This document shows positions 28,239 to 38,500 of a stretch of 64,000 nt of DNA, in pieces (positions within the stretch are counted from its first letter, which is position 1; each line of letters begins with the position of its first letter). The notes under the pieces are model-generated. The model was not told the DNA's origin. It made no database searches and saw only the letters and a program-made list of their open reading frames with translations. Source of the stretch: Thermoplasmatales archaeon (GTDB lineage: Archaea; Thermoplasmatota; E2; UBA202; JdFR-43); the NCBI GenBank assembly GCA_014361195.1, contig JACIWA010000002.1:4310-68309 (forward strand), read 5' to 3'. The position numbers and the translations under genes were made by a program.

Positions 28239-29082
28239 ATATTCTTCTATACTCCTCAACAGTATCCTCAAAAAATTTTTTAACCCCTTCCTGAGTTTTT
28301 TGATGGAAAATCATCTCCTTTAAAACATTGAATGGAATTGTTGCTATATCTATTCCTATTTCCGCTATTTCCCTAACCTGGCGGGCATTTCTTATACTGG
28401 CCGCAATTATTTTTGTTTTAAAATTATACGCCTTATATATATTTGCTATACTTTTTATCACTTCAACACCGCTGTACAATCCATTATCAGAAAAATATGC
28501 TCCAGCTTTCTTCTTATATAATTCAGGTATATTCCCCTCCATTTCAAGCATCTTTTCTTCAACCCTTTTAATCATATTGTAATCATAATAATCCCACTTC
28601 CCATACTTTATTCCAAGCTTATCTCTTATATAATCATCAATTCTCCCAACAAACGGGCTGACATAGCTTGCTCCCGCCCTCGCAACCAGCAGGGCCTGGG
28701 TCGGGCTCATAACAAGCGTCGCATTTGTTCTTATTCCCTCTTCTTCAAGCCTCTTTATTGCTTTTATTCCTTCAAATGGCTCATCATTTGATGTAGAAAT
28801 TGGAATCTTTATCACAACATTACCTTTTTCATTAAATTTTTTATCCAAAATCTTTGCCTCCTTCACCATCTCATCTTCCTTAAATCCCTTTACTTCCAAG
28901 CTCACTGGTCCATCCACAATTCTGCAAATTTCCCTTATATATTCTTCCATCTCCATCTTATCTTTGAATTTTTCAAAAGCTATCTTAATTAGGGTAGGAT
29001 TTGTAGTTACTCCATCAACAATGCCCCACTTTTTTGCCTCCTTTATTTCATCTATATCAGCGGTATCAATAAATATTTTCAT
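28231..29082 (-). CDS. transaldolase / fructose-6-phosphate aldolase family protein (with insertions)
   Basis: MKIFIDTADIDEIKEAKKWGIVDGVTTNPTLI...VVIKIPIS...EGIRTNATLVMSPTQALLVARAGASYVSPFVGRIDD matches Tal/FSA family motifs. Confidence 0.75.
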   Translation of the reverse strand: MKIFIDTADIDEIKEAKKWGIVDGVTTNPTLIKIAFEKFKDKMEMEEYIREICRIVDGPVSLEVKGFKEDEMVKEAKILDKKFNEKGNVVIKIPISTSNDEPFEGIKAIKRLEEEGIRTNATLVMSPTQALLVARAGASYVSPFVGRIDDYIRDKLGIKYGKWDYYDYNMIKRVEEKMLEMEGNIPELYKKKAGAYFSDNGLYSGVEVIKSIANIYKAYNFKTKIIAASIRNARQVREIAEIGIDIATIPFNVLKEMIFHQKTQEGVKKFFEDTVEEYRRIFM

Positions 29083-29115
29083 GATTTGGAAAAAATAAAA
29101 AAGATATATATTTTG

Positions 29116-29775
29116 TTATTTCAAGTGTTTTTTCCTTTCCTCGGTTTGATATTTTTCTGGATTTTCCAGATAATCTGATATTAATTCATATTCCTCCTCA
29201 CTCATCTCTTCCCTCAACCATTCAATATTATCCTTGAATTTTATAAGCGAATGAATTTTTACTCCATATTTATTTGCTGTTTCCTCCGCTCCCTGTTGCC
29301 TATCTATTATAACCGCAACATTCTCACATTTAATTTTGCAATTTCTTTTCTTTGCCTCTTCTTCAAGCTGTTTTATTGCATTTAACTTGCTGTCAAATTT
29401 TGTTACAACATCGTCAATCGCTATGAAATTATCTCCATCTTTTATTTCCCCCTCAACCAAAGAATGTTCTCCATAGCTTGCAGAATCTTTTCTTGTATAG
29501 CACATAGGTAGCATTGAATGCAGGCTAACAGAAGTTGCTATAGGTATGCCCGCCATTGCTATGCCCAGGATTTTATTCCCTTTTCCTTTTATTTTCTCCG
29601 CTATTAATTTTCCAGAAAAATTCAGTAAATCAGGATGGGAAGGAAGATTTCTGAACTGAATATAGAATGGTGACCAAATTCCAGATAAAAGAATCCACCC
29701 TTCAGGCCTGTCTCTTTTCCATGTTTTTATAAGTCCTCTTTTGTAAAATTCTATGAAAATTTCTCTTTCATTCAA
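29116..29775 (-). CDS. type I phosphoribosyltransferase-like protein (PyrE-like) with a degenerate PRPP loop
   Basis: The PRTase fold motif FIAIDDVVTKFDSKLNAI replaces the canonical VDDVxTTGxT. The overall layout resembles orotate PRTase. Confidence 0.45.
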   Translation of the reverse strand: MNEREIFIEFYKRGLIKTWKRDRPEGWILLSGIWSPFYIQFRNLPSHPDLLNFSGKLIAEKIKGKGNKILGIAMAGIPIATSVSLHSMLPMCYTRKDSASYGEHSLVEGEIKDGDNFIAIDDVVTKFDSKLNAIKQLEEEAKKRNCKIKCENVAVIIDRQQGAEETANKYGVKIHSLIKFKDNIEWLREEMSEEEYELISDYLENPEKYQTEERKKHLK

Positions 29776-30478
29776 ATTCTATCACCTCCTTGGCAAATAA
29801 TTTTGCGGATTTTTCTATATCATCGCTATCATATATTGAAGAACCAACAATTGCATATGAAGGATAGCCAAGAAGCAGGCGAAATGCTTTTTTTATCTCC
29901 CCTCCTTGCCTCCCTATGCCGGGCATGCAGTATTTTGGCTCGTTCATCATATTTGCTATGATCATATGGTATTTTTTTATCGCCTCCTCCTTATTTCCTG
30001 GAAGGATAAAGTACTCTACTTTCTTCCTCACCGCAATTTCATATATTTTTGAAGGAGCGCTATCCACTATAAACCCGCCATTTTCATACAAATATTTTTC
30101 ATGGGTCATCTCCCCTCCAACCATTGGCACCATTTCATTCCTGAATATTGCATCTATAAAAGCCTCCTCGCTTTTTGGGCCCGCCTGCGGGAATATGATC
30201 ACGCCCTTCACGCCCGCCTCCTTGCAAGCTTTGGCGAATTTATCCGCTATCTGGGGAATATCTGTGCCAGCCTTTTGATGATCATAAATAACTGGTAGCT
30301 GGAAATCTATTTCTTCCATTATATTTTTTAGCCCGTATTTCAGGGCAAGATTTGCCCCTATTTTATAACCAACAATTCCCTCTATGCCCTGGGTTTTTTC
30401 AACGACTTCTTTCAATTTTTTTAGCTCCTCGACATCACATGCAATTATCACGCCATGCCTTTTTTCGAACATAAACAT
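29768..30478 (-). CDS. OMP decarboxylase-superfamily TIM-barrel protein (PyrF- or hexulose-6-phosphate-synthase-like)
   Basis: VIIACDV...VGYKIGANL...IYDHQKAGTDIPQI...IVGSSIY resembles the D-x-K-x-x-D-IP and C-terminal phosphate-binding motifs of OMPDC/KGPDC/HPS. Start placed at MFMFEKRHG; the 96-codon upstream extension in the ORF track is probably not translated. Confidence 0.45.
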   Translation of the reverse strand: MFMFEKRHGVIIACDVEELKKLKEVVEKTQGIEGIVGYKIGANLALKYGLKNIMEEIDFQLPVIYDHQKAGTDIPQIADKFAKACKEAGVKGVIIFPQAGPKSEEAFIDAIFRNEMVPMVGGEMTHEKYLYENGGFIVDSAPSKIYEIAVRKKVEYFILPGNKEEAIKKYHMIIANMMNEPKYCMPGIGRQGGEIKKAFRLLLGYPSYAIVGSSIYDSDDIEKSAKLFAKEVIEFE

Positions 30479-30539
30479 AAATATGAGCACATTTATAATC
30501 TCTTCCGAAAAATTTTTTTCCAAAAATTTAATTTTTAAT

Positions 30540-31322
30540 ATGGAAATAAAAGTAGGGAACATTGATGAAGATAAATATAGCAGGCTTAAATTGTATGAAT
30601 GGTTTGATATAGAAAAAGTAAGGATTGTAAAAGTTCTTGTTGTTGGAGCGGGGGCTCTGGGCAATGAAGTTTGCAAAAATTTAGTATTGTCAGGATATAA
30701 AAATATAGATATTGTAGATGCGGATAAAATAGTTATTTCAAATTTGAGCAGATGTATTTTTTTCAATGAAAAAGATAGGGGGAAATTTAAAGCGGAAATT
30801 CTCGCAAAAAGATTAAATAGAATAGAGAAAGATGCTAAAATAAGATATTTTAATAAGAAAATAGAAGAAATGCAGGAGAAATTTATTCCATCTCACGATT
30901 TGGTTATTGGATGCGTTGATAACATTGAAGCTCGCCTCCACATCAATTCATTTTGCTATCTTTATGAAATTCCTTATATAGATGGGGCAATAGATGGACA
31001 AATAGGAAAAGTTCAGGTTGTTTTTCCCCCTCATACAAGCTGTTTTGAATGCTATATAAATTCAACACATGAAGAGATATTGAAAAAAAGATTCAGTTGC
31101 ACAGGGAATGGAATAAAGTATTTTGAGCCAAAAATTGCATCTGATATAAATACCGCAAGCATAATTGCATCTTTCCAAGTTCAAGAAGCATTAAAAATTA
31201 CTCATTCCATGGAAAATTACATAAGAAATATTTTTTATTATGATGGATCCAGAAACTTTTTTGATATCTTTGAGCTTCCGATAAGCAAGAAATGCAATTG
31301 CCACAAAAAATTTATTTATTGA
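30540..31322 (+). CDS. ThiF/MoeB/UbaA-like E1 activating enzyme
   Basis: Rossmann motif VLVVGAGALGNEVCKNLVLSGYKNIDIVDAD plus downstream Cys-containing motifs (CFECY, CTGNG). Start placed at MEIKVGN. Confidence 0.75.
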   Translation: MEIKVGNIDEDKYSRLKLYEWFDIEKVRIVKVLVVGAGALGNEVCKNLVLSGYKNIDIVDADKIVISNLSRCIFFNEKDRGKFKAEILAKRLNRIEKDAKIRYFNKKIEEMQEKFIPSHDLVIGCVDNIEARLHINSFCYLYEIPYIDGAIDGQIGKVQVVFPPHTSCFECYINSTHEEILKKRFSCTGNGIKYFEPKIASDINTASIIASFQVQEALKITHSMENYIRNIFYYDGSRNFFDIFELPISKKCNCHKKFIY

Positions 31323-31354
31323 ATTTGCATTTATTGATGATTTTTGGGGAGAAA

Positions 31355-32587
31355 ATGAAAGATGTATTCCATAACTTACTGGGCTCAGAAAGCATTTTCA
31401 AGAACAGGGAAGTTTTATCTCATTCCTATATTCCAGAAATCTTGCCACATAGAGAAAAACAAATTGAGGAGTTAGCAAAAATACTTGCCCCAGCTTTAAG
31501 AGGAGAAAATCCTTCAAATGTTTTTATTTATGGAAAAACTGGTACTGGAAAAACTGCGGTTGCAAAATTTATGGGAAAGCAAATCGTTAAGAAAGGAGAA
31601 GAGCTAGGAGTTCCAACAAGTTTTGTTTACATAAATTGTGAAATTGTAGATACCCAGTACAGGATTTTGCAAAACATTTCAAATCATTTCATTAAGAAAT
31701 GGGAAGAGCGTGTTCCTTTTACTGGATGGCCAACAGATGAAGTTTATTCAAAACTTGTAGAAACAATAGATAGGGCGGGAGGAGTAACAATAATAGTGCT
31801 TGATGAAGTAGATAAAGTAAAAGATGATGAAGTTTTATATAATCTATCCCGCATAAATTATGACTTAAAAAAAGCAAAAGCATCAATAATTGGCGTATCA
31901 AATGATTTGAAATTCACTGAATTCCTCGACCCGAGAATAAAATCCTCTCTCGGCCAGGAAAATATTGTTTTCCCTCCATATACTGCGGATGAGCTTGCGG
32001 ATATACTAAGAGAGAGAGCAACAATAGCCCTTAAAGAAGGCGCTCTCGAAGAAAATGTAATTCCCCTCTGCTCCGCGCTCGCCGCCCAGGAGCACGGCGA
32101 CGCAAGGCGCGCTCTCGATCTGCTTCGTGTGGCTGCGGAAATTGCGGAAAGGGAAGGGGAGAAAAAGGTTACGGAAAGACATGTGAAAATTGCGGAAAAT
32201 AAAATAGAGCTTGACAGGGTTAGTGAAATTGTAAGGACATTGCCGGTTCAATCAAAAATCGTGCTCATGGCTGCGATAATAGGAAATGAATTTTATGATG
32301 ACTTGACCACTGGCGATTTATATGAAATATATAAAGATTTATGCAAAATGTCGGGCTTGGGTGCTTTAACCCAAAGGAGGGTTGCTGATTTAATATCTGA
32401 ACTTGATATGCTCGGAATAATAACCGCGAGAGTGATTTCTAAAGGGAGATATGGAAGGACAAGGGAAATAGAGGTTTTTTCTCCAGATAAAATAAAGGAG
32501 ACAATTGAAAAAAGCGGTGATTTACCAGATTTAACATCTTATAAGCCAAAGTTACAAAACTTATTAAGTTTTAATATTAAAAAATGA
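31355..32587 (+). CDS. cdc6: Orc1/Cdc6 replication initiator
   Basis: Walker A IYGKTGTGKTAVAKF, Walker B IIVLDEVD, sensor motifs and a C-terminal winged helix. Start placed at MKDVFHNLL. Confidence 0.85.
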   Translation: MKDVFHNLLGSESIFKNREVLSHSYIPEILPHREKQIEELAKILAPALRGENPSNVFIYGKTGTGKTAVAKFMGKQIVKKGEELGVPTSFVYINCEIVDTQYRILQNISNHFIKKWEERVPFTGWPTDEVYSKLVETIDRAGGVTIIVLDEVDKVKDDEVLYNLSRINYDLKKAKASIIGVSNDLKFTEFLDPRIKSSLGQENIVFPPYTADELADILRERATIALKEGALEENVIPLCSALAAQEHGDARRALDLLRVAAEIAEREGEKKVTERHVKIAENKIELDRVSEIVRTLPVQSKIVLMAAIIGNEFYDDLTTGDLYEIYKDLCKMSGLGALTQRRVADLISELDMLGIITARVISKGRYGRTREIEVFSPDKIKETIEKSGDLPDLTSYKPKLQNLLSFNIKK

Positions 32588-32592
32588 AAGGG

Positions 32593-35500
32593 TTAGAAGT
32601 TTATTATAAACACGCTTATTCTTTCCTCTGCTGTTTGGCCAATGCTATCAGAGGCAATTACTTTTATTTCATGTGTTCCTATAATAAACTCATCCCATAG
32701 CCATGAATATGGTTCACTTGTATCAGTGAATTTAAGCACACCATCTATGTAGAATTCTACTTTTGCTATTCCTATGCTTGAACTTGCGGTTGCTTCAACT
32801 GTTATTCCTCCAATTATTACCGGCATTGGCAATGGAATTATTTCTCTATCAAAGATATATAAAGCATTTCTTGGTTTGGTTATGCTCACTGTTGGTGGGC
32901 TTGGCATGCCTATTGTAAATGTTCCATCGCTTGTATCACTTGCAACATTTCCCGCATTATCCTTTGCAACTACTTTAACCATGTAATTGCTTCCATATGG
33001 CAAGCCTGCAACATTCCAGTTATATGAACCAGTATTTGGAATATTGCTTGCTATAACATTCCATGTTAAGCCAGCATCTCCGCTATATAGCAAGTCAATC
33101 CCTGCAATTCCTATATTATCGCTTGCTGTCCATCTTATTGTTATAATGCCACCTAAGGTTTCTCCACCATTTGGATAAATTACTCTTACACTTGGCTTTG
33201 TCTTATCTATCTTGAATGTTGTAATCTTTGCTGGTGTTTCAGTTATGCATGCATTGCTTACCGAATAATATTCAATTGTGTGAGTTCCTTCTGCGGAAAA
33301 TGTAATTGGTGCGGTATATTTCTGCCATGAACCTCCATCGATGCGATAATATGTTTCTTTAACTCCGCATATGTATGCATTTGCTACAAGCTTGATTGTT
33401 ACATCACTTGTATACCATCCATTCTCTCCAAGCAATCCATCTATTATGCAGGTTGTTACTGGCATTGAGTATGCTATTCCAAATGTGCATGATTTAACTT
33501 GCTCAGTGCTTCCAAGAGTATCTACTGAATAGTATTCAACTGTATATAGTCCTTCAGTTGAAACAGTTACTGGTGAAGTATAATTCTGCCATGCTCCTCC
33601 ATTTATTCTATATCTTGTATATGCAACTCCTGGCACATCTGTTGCGGATAGAGATATTGTAACTGGTCCAACATACCAGTTATTGCATCCAAGTGGCCCA
33701 AAGCAACTGCATGTTGTAACTGGTGGCTCATTGTATGTGCTCATTGTTGCTTCCTTTGCATCATTTGCAGGATTTTCATCTCCCGCAAGCAATGTTGTTA
33801 CATTTATTATATACACACTGTTTTCTTCGGCAGTAAATGGCGGGAATGTTATCTCTTTTTCCGCCATGAATACCAAATTATTTACTGACAATGTTTCGGA
33901 ATATATAACAGAGCCCATTCCAATTTTTGTTATTTCAACATCATCAATGTACCATCCTTCCAAGGTTCCTGAGGAATCACTCGTAAATATAAATGCAATA
34001 TTTATCTTATGTGTTGTTGCATTTATATAAGATGTTATATCGACTTCTTCCTCTTTCCACCCACCAGATGAGCCTGTATATCTTTTTATTACATAGAATG
34101 TATAATTATCCGGACTTGCACAAACATATGCATAATCTCGGTTGCTCTCCAAGTTACACCACTGCTTCCATTTTAACAAAGCTTGTGTTGTATCTGATAA
34201 ATCCAACTTTGGAGATATTAAAAAGTCAACCATGTTATTTTCATATTGCCCGGTTGTTTCATTTCCACAGTACCAAGAATGATTCTGGCTCGCATATCTC
34301 CTTGTACTTATATGCCAGAGATCCACTCCAGATGTAATACCGTGTGTCCAGTTATTTTCACCACTTTCGATATCATCCTGCATTACAACAACCTTCCCCA
34401 ACCCATAGATAGTACATACGACATCGAAGGTTGCTGACAGCGTACCATAATTTTTAACTGTCGCTCTAACAGCATAGTCTCCTGGCTGATAAATTCCTGG
34501 GGTCGGATAATTTATTGCTGAAACCCCGACATCGTAAAAATTACATATTTTAACAATCGAGGATTTTACATTATTTAATATGTTCTCGTCTCCGCTCATT
34601 AATGTTTTTACAACCAATATGTAATCTCCTTCAGTTGAAAAATTACAAGGACTAAATTGTACATATGTTGTATTATACGAATTTATCAAACTAACTATTT
34701 TTTCTTCTCCGAATACTAGATTCAAAGTATTTATGGATATATCATCCATATATAATGTTGCACCTGATGTACTAAGAGAATGATGATAGAATCTTATAGC
34801 TATATTTTGGTTAGCATAAGGTGTTAAATCAGCAACAAATTGATACCATGTGTATGAACTCATTGCACTAATAGAAGAGTTATCTAATTCAAATATAGTT
34901 GTCCAAGGTCCATTTTGAGTTGCTCCAACATCAACATGCAAATATTCACCAGGAAGTGCTGTACGGGAAAGTCTCAATAACCAAAATACCAAAGCGTAAT
35001 TCCCCTCTCCTAAAGAAATAACAGGAGTCACCAAGTATCTATCTCCCCCAGTAGCAGCGTATGAATAAGCAGCCCATATACCGCTATGCTGGTATATCTG
35101 ACCACGCAACCATCCTCCATCAGCCCCGCCATTAAGCCAGCCAACGGGCGGAAATGATTCTTCAAATCCTTCGCTGAATAGCAATGTATTGAATTGATAT
35201 ATTGAGCAATTTACTGGCACATTTGCCTTATTTACATTTCCAAAGTTCTTTACTGTTGCATTAACCGCATGGCTTCCAGTTGGCGCAACCGCGGGTGGAT
35301 AATTGATTGATGTTACACCTACATCATCTATATCATTTATTATCACAGTTATTTCCTTGTAATCATTGCTGTTATCCTCATCGTTTGTTAGCTTTGTTGT
35401 TACATTTATCTTGTATGTATCCTCAATGCTTACTGTCCATGGGTCAAATACTACATATGTTTGCTGTCCAACATTCAAGCCAGAAACTGATTTTTCATTT

Positions 35501-38500
35501 GTGAATACAATTGCATCCGTTGAATTTCTTATTGTGCAATTTACAGTAAATGCTCCTACTGGAACATTTCCAAAGTTCATAACTGTTGCATTTACCGCAT
35601 AGCTTCCTGTAAATTGTGTTCCTGTTGGATAATTAATTGAAACAACCCCAACATCATAAAGATTATTTATATCCACTAATATTTCCTTGTAATCATTATC
35701 CGGATTTTCGTCTCCAGTAACCAATACCGTAACATTTATCCTATATACATCTTCCACCAAAGTGCTCCAATCAGAAAATTCTACATATCTCTCTTCGTTA
35801 CCCATCAAAGAGGAAATTATTACTTCTTCGCCAAATACAATTGCATTCGTTGAATTTCTTATTGTGCAATTTACCTTCACATCTGTTAGGTTTGCTGCTC
35901 CGACATTCTTTACTGTTGCATTTACTTTGAATGATGTACCTGGCAGATATATTCCTTGTATCGGCGAGTTGATTGATTTAACTTCCGCATCATATACACC
36001 TTGCAGGAATACAATTGTTGTTGTGTAATCATTACTCTGGAATTCGTCTCCAATAAGCAATGTTGTTACATTTATTAAATAGTTTCCGGCACCAGTTGTA
36101 ATGCTCCATGAACCAAATTCAATAAGTGTTTCCTCCCCAGCATTTAGGAGTGCGCATATTTCATCATCCCCAAATACATAACTATATGTGGGTGTCCCCA
36201 CCAGCCTGATGTTATCTACTTCCCAATACCATGCCCATGTTCCACTATCATTATAATACCATCTTATCCATACCCTTGACTGCCCTGCTGCATAAGCGGA
36301 TATATCATATGTCATGTGTCCATAGGTTGTTGAAGTGAAGTTTGCTATTGTTATCCATGGGTTGGCTGTTGAGCCAACTCTTATATCAACCCTTCCCCAT
36401 GAGCCAGAAGAGTGATAATAATAATGATCAAATTCAAGTATAACTCCTGTCTGTGAAGCGAAATTCAACTCTGGAGTTATTAATTGCTCATCCATGTATT
36501 TTGTTCCCGAACCAAATGCATCGCTATCAACAATCATAAATTTGCCATCGCATCCATCTTTTGCTCCTTTATTTCCTGGGTCTTTATCTGTCCAAGTTGC
36601 AGGTATGCTTGTTCCAGGATAAACATCATCTGTTCCTCCATCAACAATCGTCCAACCAGATGGCAGACCAGACTCGAAGTTTTCGAAAAAGAGCTGTGTT
36701 CCTGAAATTAATTTATAGATTGAACAATTTACCCGAAAATCTGATTGCGGAATATTTCCAAAATTCTTTATTGTTGCAATCGCTCTAATTTCTGGAGGAG
36801 ATGGAACTGAAATTGTCCCGGTTGGGTAATTAATTGATGTTGCTCCTAAATCGTCTATATTCCATATTTTTGTTATTATTGAGCTTGTATCATTTCCTTT
36901 AATTTCATCAGTTAAAAGATTTGTTTTTACAACTATTAAGTAATCTCCTTCTTCTGCAAAGTTATATGAGCTAAATTCAATATATTTTTCCTCATCAGCA
37001 TTTAAATTAACTGTTTTATCTTCCCCAGACACAAAATTTGTACTGTAAATAACTATATCATCTATCCTTACAGCTGAAGCAGAAGGTACTCCTGCTGTGC
37101 GAGATTGAAATCTTATATAGATAGTACTTCCATTATATTGAGATAAATCCACGGTGAATTTATACCATACATTATTCAGCATTCCTTGCAGGATATCGTA
37201 ATTAATGTCAAGTAAAGTCACCCACGGCCCGGTTGAGGTATAGCCTACATCAACATGTAAATACTGTCCATTTCCTAAATTATTTCCATCTTTTCTTGCC
37301 CAGAAATCAAGCAGGAAATTTCCACTCCCAAGAGAAATCGCGGGCGTAGTTAAATTGTAATAATTAATTACGCTGCTTGACGAGGATGCAGAATAGTTTC
37401 CTGTATGATTTGCTGCAGAGCTACGAGACCATCCTTGATTAGCCCAACCAGAAGGTGGCCATGTGCCTTCGAAACTTTCATTAATTATAACCGTGTTTAT
37501 CTTATATATTGAACAATTCACTGGAATGCTCGATTGATCCACATTTCCAAAGTTCTTAACGCTTACATTAACAACATAGCTTCCAGCTGGTAGTACTGAA
37601 ACTGGATAACTAATTTTTGTTATACCCATGTCATATATATCTCTTACCTCGAATGTTGTTTCCTTGTAATTATTGGCTGCATTTTCATCGGGTGGTGAAG
37701 TCCAGTTTGTTGTTACATTTAATATGTAATAGCTCTCGCTAAATGTCACCGAGCTAAATTCTATAGGTTTTTCCTCTCCAGAATTTAAATTAATTGTTCT
37801 ATCCTCCCAAAACATTAATTCAGGATAGTATAAGAGAACATCATCTATATGGATAGTTGCTCCAGACCCAGTTGCATAATGATTAAATTCTATGGAAACG
37901 GTGCTACCAGCATAAGGAGACAAATCAATGCTAAACTTGTACCACTTTCCCCTGGTCATTCCGTTTAGAGTGGAATATCCTATACTCAATAATTTTATCC
38001 AACCACCACCTTGATTTATGCTAATATTCACATATTGATTTGCATTTGGGGTCGCTGTCCTCAACATCCAAAACTCCAAGATATATTTTTTATTTAAAAG
38101 AGAGATGCCTGATGTCCTTAAATATTTATTTCCCGCTGACGCTGATGAATAAATCGAGTTATTACCTCCACCATGCTCGTAATTCTGACGTAAATTCCAT
38201 CCGCTATTAGTCCATCCAGCAGGTGGAAATGCTCCTTCAAATCCCTCATTTATTACATTTATTATTTGATATATCGAACAATTTACTGGAACATTGCTTA
38301 GAGGAACTGTTCCATAGTTCTTTACTGTTGCATTTACTTTATGTGTTTTTGTTGTTGTAATTATTCCTGTTGGATAGTTAATTGATTTAACCCCTGCATC
38401 ATATATATCATTTATCTCGAGAGTAATATTTTTATAATCATTTGTTGTATCCTCATCTCCCGCTATGCTTGTTGAAACATTTATTGCATAATTTCCTTCT

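Noticed and set aside
30384-30766. Long N-terminal extensions of the pyrF-like (to 30766) and thiF-like (from 30384) ORFs, overlapping each other on opposite strands
   Set aside because: The extensions are low-complexity, overlap antisense, and precede strong internal Met starts (MFMFEKRHG at 30478; MEIKVGN at 30540). Once trimmed, those starts leave a typical 61-bp AT-rich divergent promoter.
31323-31354. Replication origin immediately upstream of cdc6
   Set aside because: Only ~30 nt of spacer. No room for ORB elements or a duplex-unwinding element.
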